Source: the human T2T-CHM13v2.0 reference genome, Homo sapiens. From it: a DNA stretch of 64,000 bases. How positions within the stretch are numbered: position 1 is the stretch's first letter; the number at the start of each line of letters is the position of its first letter. Of this stretch, positions 1 to 12,298 are shown piece by piece. The notes under the pieces were generated by a model, which had not been told where the DNA came from, made no database searches, and worked only from the letters and a program-made list of their open reading frames with translations. The translations under genes were made by a program, and so were the position numbers. The DNA is taken from assembly GCF_009914755.1 (NCBI RefSeq), contig NC_060928.1; one strand, given 5' to 3'.

Positions 1-1035
1 GATACACGGCATGCTGATTCAAGGGGTGAGCTCCCACAGTCTTGGGAAGCTTCGCCCCTGTGGCTTGGCAGGGTACAGCCCCTGCCACTTCTTTCATGGG
101 CTGGTGTTGAGTGCCTGTAGCTTTTCCAGGTGCAGGATGCAAGCTATTTGTGGATCTACCATTCTAGGGTCTGGAGGATGGTGGCCCTCTTCTCACAACC
201 CTGCTAGGCAGTGCCCTAGTGGGGACTCTGTATGGTGGCTCCAGCGCTACATTTTCCTTCCACACTGCCCTAGCAGAAGTTCTCCATGAGGGCTTTAGTC
301 CTGCAGCAGACTTCTGCCTGTACATCCGGGTATTGCCATACATCCTTTGAAATCTAGGTGGACGTCCCCAAAGCTCAACTCTTGTCTTCTGTACACCCAC
401 AGGCTCAATACCACATTGAAGCCACCAAGGCTTGTGGCTTGCACTCTCTGAAGCAATGGACTGAGCTGTACCTTGGCCCCTATTAGCCATGGATGGAGCT
501 GGAACAGCTGGGACACAGGACACCAATTCCCAGGGCTGCACAGAGAAGTGGGGCTCTGGACCCAGCCTATTCCCTCCTAGGCATCTGGGCCTGTGATGTT
601 AGGGGCTGTTCTGAAGATCTCTGACAGGGCTTGGAGGCATTTTTCCCATTGTCTTGGCTACTAACATTGGCTCCTCGTTACTTATGCACATTTCTGCAGC
701 CAGCTTGAATTTCTCCACAGAAAATAAGATTTTTCTTTTCTACCTCATGGTCAGGCTGCAAATTTTCCAAACCTTTATGCCCCATTTCTCTTTTAAACAT
801 GAGTTTCTCTCAGATCACCACCTCTGCCGGGACTTCATTGTCCATATCACTATAAGCATTTTTGTCAAAGCCATTCAACAAGTCTTCAGGAAGCTCCAAA
901 CTTTCTCACATTTCCCTGTCTTCTTCTGAGCCCTTGAAACTGTTCCAACCTCTGCCTGTTACCCAGTTTCAAAGTTGCTTCCACATTTTCAGGTTATCAT
1001 TATAACAGTACCTCACTATCCTGGTACCAATTGTC
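1..1035 (-). mobile_element. THE1-int (ERVL-MaLR internal region), runs off the left edge of the window
   Basis: On the minus strand, directly after the LTR: aattggtaccagg...cctgaaaatgtggaagcaactttgaaactgggtaacaggcagaggttggaacag...ctcagaagaagacagg, the characteristic THE1/MST internal start. Confidence 0.9.
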
Positions 1036-1415
1036 TGTATTAGTTCATTCTCACACTGCTATATAGATATTACCTGAGACTGGGTAATTTATAAAGGAAA
1101 GAGGTTTAATTCACTCACAGTTATGCAGGTTTAACAGAAAGCATGGCTAGGAGGCCTCAGGAAACTTACAATTATGGAAAAAGGGAAGGGAAAGCAAGCA
1201 GGTCTTACATGGTGTCAGGAGAGAGAGGGGAGGAGGAGGAAGTGCCAGACACTTATCAAACAACAAGATCTCATGAGAAACCACTCAGTATCATGAGAAC
1301 TGTATGGGGGAACTGCCCCATGATCCAATTATCTCCCACCAGGTTTTTTCCTGGACAAGTGGACACTATAATACATGATGAGATTTGGGTGGGGACACAG
1401 AGCCAAACCATATCA
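1036..1415 (-). mobile_element. THE1 LTR (THE1D-like), 5' LTR of the element
   Basis: Reverse complement starts tgatatggtttggctctgtgtccccacccaaatctc and ends ...aaattacccagtctcagg...gaactaataca; 380 bp with TG...CA termini. Confidence 0.9.
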
Positions 1416-4400
1416 TATGTCATAGTGTATATATACCACATTTTCTATATCTACTCATTGGTTGATGGGTACTTGGTTTGGTTCCATATCATTGCAATTG
1501 TAATTGTACTGTAATAATTATAAACATGCTAATGTCTTATTGATAAATGATTTCTTTTCCTTTGGGTAGATACCCAATAATGGGATTGCTGAGTCAAATG
1601 GTAGATCTACTATTTGCTATTTGAGAAATCTCTATACTATTTTCCATAGAGGTTGTATTAATTTACATTTCTACCAGCAGCATATAGCATTCCATTTTCA
1701 CCACATCCACAGACAACATTATTGTTCTTTGACTTTTTAATAATGGCCATATTCTCTGGGGTAGTATGGTACTTCACTGTGGTTTTAATTCACATTTCCC
1801 AGATGATTGGGATGTTAAGCATTTTTTTCATTTTTGTTGCCATTTGTATATCTTCTTTTGAGAAATGTCTATTCATGTCATTTGCCCATATTTTTAATGA
1901 TATTTGTTTTTTTCTTGATGGTTTGAGTTCCCTTTAGATTCAGGATACTAGTCCTTTGTCAGATGCATAGTTTGCAAACATTTTCTTCCATTCTGTGTTG
2001 TCTGATTACTCTAGTGATTGTTTCTTTTGCTGTGCAGAAGCTTTTTAGTTTAATTAGGCCTCATTTATTAATTTTTGTTTTTGTTGCAATTGCTTTTAGG
2101 ATCTTAGTCTTAAATTATTTGACTGGGCGAATGTTTAGAAGAGATTTTGTTAGGTTTTCTTCTAGAATTTTTATGATTTTCAAGTCTTAGATTTAAGTCT
2201 TTAATTCATCCTGAGTTGATTTTTCTATATGATGAGAGAGATAAATCCACTTTTAGTTTTCTGCATGTGGTTATCCATTTTTCCAAACATCATTTATTAA
2301 ATAGAGTGTTCTTTTCCAGTTCATGTTTTTGTATGCTTTGTTGAAGACCAGGTGGTTGTAAGTATTTGCCTTAATTGAGGGAGGGTTCTGAATTATTTTC
2401 CACTGGTCTATGCATCTACTTTTATACCAGTACTATGCTGTTTTGATTACTATAGCCTTGAAGTATATTTTGAAGTCAGGTCATGTAATTCCTTCGGATT
2501 TTTTTTTTTTTCTTAGGATTGCTTTGGCTATTCAGACTCTCTTTTGGTTCATATAAATTTTAGGATTTTTTTTCTAATTCTGTAAAAAGTGGTATTGGTG
2601 TTTTGATAGGTATCACATTAAATCTATAATAGATTGCTTTGGGCAGTTTGGTCATTTTTATGATATAGAATATTCCAATCTATGAGCACAGGATATACTT
2701 ACATTTATTTATGTCATCTATGATTCTTTGATTCTTTTCAGCAGTGTTTTGTAGCTTTCCTTGTAGAAATCTTTTGCCTCTGTGGTTAAGTATATTCTAA
2801 GGTATTTTATTTTATTTTTTAGTTTTTGCAATTTCTGTAAAAGGTATTGACTTCCTGATTTGATTATCAGCTTGGTCATGGTGCATAGCAGTGCTACTGA
2901 TTTGTGTACATTAACTGTGTAACCTGACTCATTACTAAATTCATTTATCAAATCTAGGATTTTTTTGTATAGTCTTTAAGTTTTCTAGGTTTATGATCAT
3001 AATATTGGCAAACAGAGATAGTTTAATTTCCTCTTTTGCAATTTAGATTCCCTTTATTTTTCTCTTGCCTGATTGCTCTGCCTAAGACATTCAGTAATAT
3101 GTTGAATAGAAGTGGTGAAAGTGGGCATCCTTGTTTTGGCTGTAGGTTTGTCATATATAGCTTTTATTATTTTGAGATATATTCTTCCTATGCCTAGATT
3201 GTTGAAGGTTGTTATCATAAAGGGATGCTGGATTTTATAAAATATTCTGTGTCTATTGAAATGATCATACGGGTTATGTTTTTAATTCTGTTTTTGTGAT
3301 AAATCACATTTATTGACTTGCATAAGCTGAACCATCCCTGCATCCCTGGAATGAAACACACTTGACCATAGTAAATTATCTTTTTGATGTGCTGCTAGAT
3401 TCAGTTTGCTAGTGATTTACTGAGGATTTTTCAATTATTTTCATCAGGAATATTGTCTGTAGTTTTCTGTTTTTTGTTATGTCCTTTCCTGACTTTGGCA
3501 TCAAAATGATACTGGCTTCATAGAATGTGTTATGGAGAATTTCCTCTTTCTTAATCTTTTGGAATAGTTTCAGTAGGACTGATACCAATTCTTTTCTGAA
3601 TGTCTTATAGAATATGGCCATGAATCCATCTGGAATTGGGCATCTTTTGACAAATTTTTTATTACTTATTAAATTTAACTGCTTGTTATAGTTCTGTTCA
3701 TGATATTTATTTCTTCCTTATTCAAGCTAGTATTGTTGTATATTTCCAGGAACTTACCCATTTTTTCCAGATTTTCTAGTTTATGTGCATAGATGTATTC
3801 ACAGTAGTCTCATGTGACCTTCTGTATTTCTGTGGTGTCAATTGCAATGTCTCCATTTTCCATTTTTAATTGAGCTTATTGGAATTTTGTCTCTCATTTT
3901 TTTGATTAATTTGGCTAATGGCGTATCAATTTTATCTTTTCAAAGAAAATAATTTTATTTTATTGATCTTTTATATTTTGTTTTCGGTTTCAATTTCATT
4001 TAGTTCTGTTCTGATTTTTGTATTTCTTTTCTTCTGTTAGCTTTAGGTTTGGTTTGTTCTCATCTTTCTAGTTTCTTGAGGTGTAACATTAGGTTGTCAA
4101 TTTGTGATCTTTCAGATTCTTTGATGCAGGAATTCAGCACTATAACCTTTCCTTTTAGTACTGCTTTTGTTGTATCCCAGAGGTTTTTATAAGTTGTATT
4201 ACTGTTACCATTCACTTCAAGGAATTTTTTAATTTCCTTTTTTTTTTTTTTTTTTTTGAGACAGAGTCTCATTCTGCCATCCAGGCTGGAGTGCAAGTGG
4301 TGAGATCTCAGCGCACTGCCTCCTAGGTTCAATCGATTCTCCTGGCTTAGCCTCCTGAGTAGCTGGGATTACAGGCACGTGACACTATGCCTGGCTAAGT

Positions 4401-5268
4401 TTTGTATTTTTAGTAGAGACAGGGTTATTTACATGTTGACCAGCCTGGTCTTGTGTTCCTGACTTCAGGTGATCCACCACCTCGGCCTCCAAAACTGCTG
4501 GAATTATAGGCATGAGCTACCTTGCCCAGCCTAAATTTTTATTTTGATTTTATCATTAATCCAAACATTATTCAAGAACAGGTTTTTTGAAATTTGCATG
4601 TATTTCTATAGTTTTGAGATTTCCTTTCGGTATAATTTCTAGTTTTATTCCACTGTGGTCTGAGAAAATACTTGATATGATTCTAATTTTTCAATATGTA
4701 TTGAGACTTGTTTTGTGTCCTATCATATGGTCTATGTTGGAGAATGTTTCATGCTCTGAAAAGAAGGATGTATATGATGTGATTTTTGGGTAGAATTTTC
4801 TGTAAATATCTGTTAGGTCTGTTTGCTCTAGAGTGCAGTTTAAATCCAGTGTTTCTATGTTAACTTTCTCCCTTGATGATATGTCTAGTCATTGTGTTGC
4901 TTCCTATCCCTTTTTTTTTTTTTAGGTTTAGTAGCAATTATTTAATAAATCTGGGAGCTCCAGAGTTAGATACACATATATTTAAAATTGTTATGTATTC
5001 TTGTTCAACTGACCCTTTTATCATTATATAATGACCCTCTTTGTCTGTTTTTTTTTTAATTTAACTGTTGCTGCTTTAAAATCTATTTTATCTGATATAA
5101 AAATGGAAACTGCTGCTCACATTTGGTATTCATTTGCATGGAATTTCTTTTTCCATTGCTTTACCTTGAGTATATAAGAATCCATATGTCTTAGATGCGT
5201 GTCTTGAAAATAGCAGATATTTAGTTTGTGATTTATTAAATTCATTCTGCCAAACTGCATCTTTTATG
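1416..5268 (-). mobile_element. Old L1 (L1PB/L1MA-class) ORF2 fragment, degenerate and 5'-truncated, interrupted by an Alu
   Basis: T-rich antisense L1 sequence; minus-strand ORF remnants resemble L1 ORF2 ([57 protein letters not shown]); many stops and frameshifts. Confidence 0.9.
4238..4531 (-). mobile_element. Alu (AluS-type) inserted in the L1
   Basis: Poly-T, then gagacagagtctc...ccaggctggagtgca..., central ttttgtatttttagtagagac, ending gcccagcc. Confidence 0.95.
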
Positions 5269-5271
5269 CAG

Positions 5272-5347
5272 TCAGCTCCATTTGAATTTATGGATCACCA
5301 TAGTATATGTAGTCTTTTTCCAAAAGGTTGTTATGCATCATATAACT
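5272..5347 (-). mobile_element. MER47/Tigger-family DNA transposon terminal fragment
   Basis: tcagctccatt...atggatcaccatagtatatgtagtc...gttgttatgcatcatataact resembles the reverse complement of the MER47 end (cagtcatgcgccgcataacgac...gattataatggagctga). Confidence 0.55.
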
Positions 5348-6023
5348 ATTTCTATCTTACATTTTATTGCAAGCATTAAGTCTTATAAGTGAAAATATAA
5401 ACACAAGTTGCAAAGTTTATTAAAAGCCAATATAAATATTCTGTACTGGCATTTTTTTCATCTTTGGAGATAAGTAAAAATGTGATAATATGCAAATGAG
5501 AGAAGAAAAGTCAGCATGAAAAAAATGACTGATATTTTTTAGATTTTGTTAATAAGTAGCCAACACAAATAAACAAGTATTTTACAGGAGCTCCAGAAAG
5601 GGTTAGTAAAAAAAGTAGTAGAAGTTTCAGGTTAGAATTATCCAAATGTTAACAACAACAACAATAACAGATTAGATAAGAATTTGAATTCAATTCATCA
5701 AGTTTAGCATAACAATAAAACTGGTAAAGCATAGCTATTTTTTATTAAAATTTGACAAGTAGAAAAAAAAGTCAATGAGTTAAGGTGTTAGCCACTAAGA
5801 ACACAATGTTTATGAAAGAAGTGGAAGCAACTTATAATGAAATGATTAAATAAGCACATGGTTTATAGTATTAAGAAATGTTATATTACCTCTGCATGTA
5901 ATGTTGGTGTATGATACCAATCAATGAAAAGGTTTTGCTAGTGTAAACTTTATTGTATAAAAAGTAGTATTATTCTAATTTTATGACTTTATTTTAAAAT
6001 GTCCATTTGCTTTTATGTATATA

Positions 6024-7005
6024 TGATGCAGGATTTTTTCAGTGCTATTTCACCTGCTGGAGACCTCCACAGCTGGCAACGCCCCTGCCCAGGGCCTTGC
6101 TTGGCTCTGGGCTTGCTGCAGGATGTATCCTACCCACTTAATGTTGCAGGCTGCTCTTGGCTTGCACTACATCTTGGATCCCGTGCTTGCTTCAGGATCA
6201 ATGCTTAGCCTGCCACTGAGCCAAGCATGCCATTACTTGTTTCTGTCTTGGGCACCAGCAACTGGATAAGAACATGATGGTGCCTGAAAAACATGGAGAT
6301 GCCAGTGACACTGCAGCCACAAAGTGGGTGTTATTCCAGTTGTCTGCAGCTGGGTGAATGAGGGCATCTTAACAGCTCTTTCAGTCCCGTTGCTCTGCTC
6401 CAGCCCATAGCTCCTGGGCTGGCCTGACCCTGCTGCTGCTTCCTGTCATGTGGGGCAGCCAACTGGTGCCAGTGGAGGGTGAAGGACTACAATGTTATTG
6501 CCTTTTTTATACCCATGTTCAGCAGGTCTCAAGTTCTTGTCCCATGTCCAGAAATAATTAGGTTATGCTGACAACCAAAGGGTGAGCATGGCAAAGTGTT
6601 TTATTGAGTGACAGCTCTCAGTGGAAAGAGGATCCTAAGAGGGCAGCCCCCTACCTGAAGTAGGGTAGTTCCCCTAAATGTGGCTGAGTCTGAGGTTTTT
6701 ATGGACTCAGAATGGGGGAGTATGTGCTGATTGGTTTGTGAGTATCCAAAAAAGGCTAAAGAAAGGCACCACTCAAAGATGGACATGACAGTGTGAAAAA
6801 CCAATTAGGGAAGGGTAGGTATATATAAAATGGGTGAAAGGTAGGGATCAATCAGAGGAAAGCATGCCACACTGGAAGAGAGATTCTCAGTCTGGTCCAT
6901 GGATTTATCTGAGACTTGTGGCTTGGTTTTCAGGCTTTAAGCTGTCTTCAGCTTGAAGGCCAGGTTTCAATGGGGACCTGCCCCATCTGCCTTCTGCTAC
7001 TATCA
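6024..7005 (-). repeat. 3' LTR of the provirus (982 bp)
   Basis: Termini tgatgcagg...gctactatca; minus-strand CCAAT near 6730, TATA-like cataaaaa near 6700 and AATAAA at 6600-6605; aligns with 11515-12298. Confidence 0.9.
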
Positions 7006-7020
7006 ATCCCCCCTCTGAAG
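7006..7020 (-). other. Polypurine tract of the provirus
   Basis: Minus strand reads cttcagaggggggat immediately before the TG start of the 3' LTR. Confidence 0.8.
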
Positions 7021-7155
7021 AGGTAATACTAACTGCCATTAGGATACGGACAATGACTGCTCTTAACTGCTTTATGCTGATGCAGGGCATTGTTTGGGAA
7101 GACAGAAATTAAATCTCTCTCCGAGGCCTAAGGGTCCCCAGTAAATGGGAAGCAT

Positions 7156-7241
7156 TGCTTGAGGCTCCAGTTGCATGACCTTTTGGAGTTTGATGGCCTG
7201 AAGGTGAGAAGAAACAAATTTTTCAAAGAAGTTAAATATTC
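7156..7241 (-). pseudogene. env: env cytoplasmic-tail remnant (HERV-W/syncytin-like); most of env deleted
   Basis: Manual translation gives IFNFFEKFVSSHLQAIKLQKVMQLEPQA, similar to the HERV-W env tail IFNLLVNFVSSRIEAVKLQMEP. Confidence 0.75.
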
Positions 7242-7654
7242 ACAGAACAAGTATTTGTATTACACAAAGAGGAGCTAAAAGGAAAAAATCTAGTGCCCAA
7301 GATAACAAAAATAAAAAGTAAAATACAAGAATCATTCTGAAAACAATGTTGTGGCCAGAGCTGTTTCATTCTGGTGAAAGAGATTAAATCTTGTTTAGGG
7401 ACAATTACACTTTAGAAGAGGGATAACTGTTTATGGGAGTAGATAATCCCATGGGTGTTCAGGATTAAGGGGTCCTTGACCAAGATGCCTCATGGTGAGG
7501 GACAGAATGAAGGTAAGAACAGCAAGCGTAGGCAAGACCATACAGAGGACATTCATAGAAAGTTAATTATTGGCACTTATCTTTTGTGATTTTTAGCTTG
7601 AGGTGCTTCCTGGTACTTCAGGAACCCTTCTGGGTCAACAGAGGTAATTCTATC

Positions 7655-7860
7655 AGTTTCCCAGGCCTTTACTTGAGTATAATGAATCCAATAATTTCTT
7701 CCAGTGACCTTTACTGCTGAAGGAGTAGAAAAAGTACAGTGTAAGTTCTCACCTACTCTGGGCCTAGAGAGAGAGAAAGGGAAGCAAGTGCCTTTACCAG
7801 TACTGGGTCCCCTGGGTTGAATGGAGGTGACCCTAGTTCACAGGTTTGGGCCTTTGACAG
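7655..7860 (-). pseudogene. pol: Integrase C-terminal remnant
   Basis: Manual translation FNPGDPVLVK...TYTVLFSTPSAVKVTG..WIHYTQVKAW matches the gammaretroviral integrase C-terminal motif. Confidence 0.8.
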
Positions 7861-7862
7861 TT

Positions 7863-8088
7863 AATAAGTCTCATGAGATCTGATGGTTTTATAAAAGGAC
7901 AGTTCCCCAGCACACACTCTCTTGTCTGCCGCCATGTAAGACATCCCTTTGCTTTGCTCCTCCTTTGTCTTTCATCATGATTGTGAGGCCTCCCCAGCCA
8001 GGCCAAACTGTGAATCCATTAAATCTCTTTCTCTTTATAAATTATCCAGTCTCAGGTATTTCTTCATAACAGTATAAAAATTAATATG
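7863..8088 (+). mobile_element. 3' portion of a THE1 (B/C-like) LTR embedded in the provirus
   Basis: aataagtctcatgagatctgatggttttataaaagg...ctgccgccatgtaagac...catgattgtgaggcctccccagcc...tttataaattatccagtctcaggtat; the first roughly 140 bp of the LTR are absent. Confidence 0.9.
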
Positions 8089-8089
8089 C

Positions 8090-9938
8090 TTGTTCTACAG
8101 AAGAACTTTCCAGTCTGTTTTTTTGTTTGTTTGTTTGTTTTTTATTTTGGTTTTCTCTGGCTTCATAGGTTTGCACTACTATCTGTTCACAGTCATGTTC
8201 AAGTTTCCCAGCTTCCTCTGGAAGGAAGATGGCTGGGTTTAGGGTGGGACAGGTTCTTAATTGGACTGTAGAGGCTAATAGCAGAGCTTGATATTTGAGA
8301 AGGCAGTTGTCCATTAGACAGAGAAGACAGAAATCCTGCCACATTGTATGGGGTATAAACGGTTCAGTTATTTCCTGTGGTTAAATTAGTAGCCTCTGAT
8401 ACCAGCAAGGCCACCACTGCAACTGCCTGGAGGCAGGCCCGCCATCCTTAGCAACCAAACCAAGCTCCTTGCTTAGGTAACCTACAGGCTGCTGGGCTGG
8501 ATCTTGGGCCTGGATTAGAACTCCCATGGCCATTTTCTTCCTTTCTGATTCATAAGGATTGAATGTCTTCTCTATGGGAAGACTAAGGGCTGGTGCCTCA
8601 AGCAAGGCTTATTTTAGTTGGTCAAAGCCTTTTTAGCCTCTGGTTCCCAAATCAGGGAGTGAGTTTTAGCTGCCTAAGTCTCCATTATTAGGTGATATAA
8701 GGGATATGCTGTTTTATGGTATCCAGGTAGCCATAGTCTGCAGAATCCTGTAATGCCCAAGAATCCCCTCAATTGCTTGCAGGTTTTTGGGAGGGAGAAG
8801 AATGGAGGATATGGGCTTAATCCTTTCTTTGCCTAGTGCCCTGTTCCCCCTGACAATTCTAGTCCTAGGTACTTCACTGAAGTCTGACAGAGGTAAGCCT
8901 TAGATTTTGAGACTTTATATCCTCTGTTAGCCAGAAAATTAAGAAGAGCCTTACCATCCTCCTGAGAGACTTCCTCAGTTGGGGCAAAGAGGGGAATGTC
9001 ACCTACATATTATGAAACTTTAATCTGAAGATAAAGGAACTCAGAGAGATTTTTTGGCAATGCCTGTTCAAACTGGGGTGGAGGGGGCTGTCTTGGAATT
9101 TCTGAGGTAACACCATCCAGGTTAACTTGGTGGTCTGATTGGAGGGATCTTTTAATGCAAAAGAACACTGGAGTCCGAGTCTAATGATATGCAGAAAGTC
9201 ATCCTTTAGGCCGAGAACTGTGAACCATTTAGTTTCCTCAGGTATTTGAGTTAGCAGGGTCTAGGGATTAGGAACCATCAGGTGAATTGGAACCACAGCC
9301 TCATTAATGAGGTGTAGGTCTTGGACCAGCCTCTATTCTCATTGGGATTTGTATCCCCAATATCAGGTATTACAAGGGGTGTTGCAGGGTTTGAGGAGGC
9401 CCTACATCCTCGTGTTATCAATGATGGCTTCTAGTCCTTTCCTAACTTCTGGTTTCAGGGATATTGTCTCTGGTTAGGAAAGGAGATGGGATCCTGAAGG
9501 TAGATCCTGACCAATATGGCCATTGTGGTCAATTTTCCTTGAGTTGCCCAAACTTCTGGGTTAATATTAGTATACACTAGGGGAAGACAGAGTCTTTCCT
9601 GAAGCCATAACAATGGTGGTTCCCATATGAGCCAGAATATCCAACAGAGAAGTTGGGCTTTCAGGCATGATTAAAAAGCCATGGGTAAATAAGAGATCTC
9701 CCCAACTACAACTAAAAGGTTGAGAAAAATATCATGTTAAAGGCTTTCCTGAGTTGCTTCTCAGGGTCATGCTAAGAGAGGAGTGGGGGCCTGCATGGAG
9801 AGAAGAACTGAAAGGCCTGCTCCAGTGTCCAGGAGGAGGTCCACCTTCTTCCCTTCATTTTCCAGAATTACACAGGGCTCCTGGATTATAACAGTGGTCC
9901 GGAACCACCGGAGCTGGAGAGAGGAGCCCTGGGACTCA
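8090..9938 (-). pseudogene. pol: pro-pol pseudogene (protease, RT, connection domain)
   Basis: Protease motif VDLLLDTGAGLSVL (ORF 9767-10075); RT catalytic region reads VS*YVGDIPL near 8990-9020 (YVDD degraded); connection-domain APALSLP...QPVGYLSKEL (ORF 8381-8605); multiple stops and frameshifts. Confidence 0.85.
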
Positions 9939-11393
9939 TCAGTCTTCCTGGACCATTTAGGAGACTGGCTCTGGATCCAGTGACCTGCATCTCTGGTGAC
10001 ACTCTGAACTCCAGTGCTTCCCATAACAGATTGGACAGGGTTAAGGGGGTTTCCTCTTGCTGTCTGGGCAGCCATTCCTTTGTAAAGTGCGCTGCCTGGC
10101 TTGCCAAATCTGTAGCAGTTAACAGATGCATCTCAAGGATTCTGGGGTTTGTGAGCCTGCAAGACGACCATTAAAGTCTCTGCCCTTTTCTTGTGTCTGC
10201 TCTCTCTCTCAGTCCTCCTCCCTATCCCTATTGTAAAGGACTGAGGTGGCCACTTTCAGGAGGTTCGCTAAAGTACTATCTGGTCCCATGGCCTGTTTCT
10301 GTAGCTTTCTCCTGATATCAGGGGCTGCCTGAGTAATAAACTTAATTTTTAGGATTGACTTAATCAGAAAATAGAGAGGTGTGCTTTAACAATGCCTCTC
10401 TTAGCCTCTCCAAGAAGGCAGAGGGGTTCTTATCTAATCCCTGGTCTATTATGGATAGTTTGGAGCAACTGAGATGCTTAGTTCTAGTCCTTTGTAAGCC
10501 ATACATCATGCACAACTGAAAGTGTTTCCTCTTCCATTCTCTCATTTCATCACTGGGGTCCCATCTAGGGTACTCCAATGGTACTGCCATTCTTCCAATT
10601 CGGTGAAGCTCATCCTCTTCCTTGGCACTATATGAGATACAAAGCTCATCCCCAAAATTCTATGCTGTTTGTAGGATAGCCTGCTTCTTAGTGGTATCAG
10701 GGTTTGATTCAAAAGTAACATAGCATCTTCCAGGAGAGTTCAAATACTTGGGTTAAGTTCTGGAAAAACTCTATATATTTGTCCTGGTTGTCTAAAAACT
10801 TGCCAAGATCCCCCTTAATATGCCTTAAATCCTGTAAAGAGACAGGGACCTAGACCTTACTGGGGCCATATTCTTCAGGTATCTGTTGCAGGGGCAGGAA
10901 TGAGACTGAGGCCTGGCTAAAATGAGGATTTCTAGAATGGGGCAAGCTAGAAAGAGAACATAAATAGGGAAGACAGGATGGGCCAAGAGGAGCAGGGCCA
11001 GAGGGAGCTGGCATCCCTGCTGGAGGTACCTCTGGGGTTTGTTTCTCCAGTTCCTTGGGGTTGACTTTTGCAGCTTCTCTTGATATGACCACTAAGAGGG
11101 CTGAATCAATCCTACAGTGCCAGCAAAGGTTTGTATTACTCTTTAAGGCACAGAAACCCTGAAAATATAGGACCTCAGACCATTTGCCCTCACGTTTACA
11201 GAAAAGGTCCAGCTGCAGGATGGTATTGAGATTAATGCTCCTTCCTGACACCAAGCCTGTCCTACGTGCAAAACATAACCTGGCCAAACACTTGTGCAAA
11301 AGAATATGAGGTGTTTTTTTCTCCAGAGTCTGAGTCCCAGTGATTCAGGATACACACCAGAGGAGTGTAGGATGAAGACGATTGGTTATGCAT
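9939..11393 (-). pseudogene. gag: gag pseudogene (HERV-W/HERV9-like)
   Basis: Starts MHNQSSSSYTPLVCILNHWD; contains SINLNTILQLDLFCKREGKWSEV and the MHR-like IDQGLDKNPSAFLERLREALLKHT; ends QED*; split across several frames. Confidence 0.85.
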
Positions 11394-11514
11394 CTGAAAG
11401 AGAAGGAAAATGTGTCCTTTAATTCCTTTCTTTCTGCAAAAATTCAGGTTGTGTGAGGTAGAGAAAAAAAGGCATCTCCTTTTATTTTCTGTCCTTTTCT
11501 TCCCCAAGTCCTGG

Positions 11515-12298
11515 CGGCACTTGTTGAGGGATCTGTGCTCAGCCCACCACTGGGCCAGCATGCCGCAACCTGCTTTTGTCTTGGGTGCCAGTATCTGAAT
11601 GAGGGGAACCTGAAAAACTTGAAAAAGCTAGAAATCCCAGAGCCACAAAGGGGATGTTATTCTGCCGTCCACAGCTTGGCGGATGGGGTGTGTTAACAGC
11701 TCCTTCAGTACCATTGCCCTGCTCCAGCCTGCAGCTCCTGGGCTGGCCTGGCTCCACTGCTGCCCCCGTTGCATGGGACAACCACCCACTTCTAGTGGAA
11801 GGCTAAAGGGTGTTACTGCCTTTTTCATACCCACGTTTGGTGGGTCCTGAATTCTTGTCCCACATCCAAAAAGGATGAGTATGAAGGAGAATTTTATTTA
11901 GTGACAGCTCTCAGTGGAAAGGGGACTCAAAAAGGGCAGCCCTCTACCCGAAGTCAAGTAGTCTCCTCAAGTGTGGCTGAGTCCAGGGCTTTTATGGGTT
12001 CATAATGAGGAAGCACGTGCTGATTGATTTGTGAGTATGCAAAAAAGGCTGAAGAAAGGTACCATTCAAAGATGGACATGACGGTGTAAAAAGCAATTAG
12101 AGAATGGTAGGTATATGTAAAACAGGTGAAGGGTGGGGATCACTCAGAGGAAAGTGCGCCAGTAAGGAAGAGAGGTTCTTAATCTGGTCTAGGGATTCAT
12201 CTGAGACTTGTGGTTTGGTTTTCAGGCTTTAAACTGTCTTTGGCTTGAAGGTCAGATTTCATTGGGGACCCATTCCTGTCTGCCTCCTGCTGCTATCA
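11515..12298 (-). repeat. 5' LTR of the provirus, with its U5 end and the PBS deleted
   Basis: Aligns with about 6180-7005 (e.g. gtgacagctctcagtggaaag, caaagatggacatgac, ctgagacttgtgg); there is no counterpart to 6024-6180. Confidence 0.85.

Larger units (their letters stand above)
6024..12298 (-). mobile_element. Decayed ERV1 provirus (LTR27/28-MER52-like LTRs; HERV-W/HERV9-like internal genes)
   Basis: Two homologous LTRs (6024-7005 and about 11515-12298) flank gag, pro, pol and env remnants on the minus strand; polypurine tract next to the 3' LTR; imperfect 4-bp flanks tata/tgta. Confidence 0.9.
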
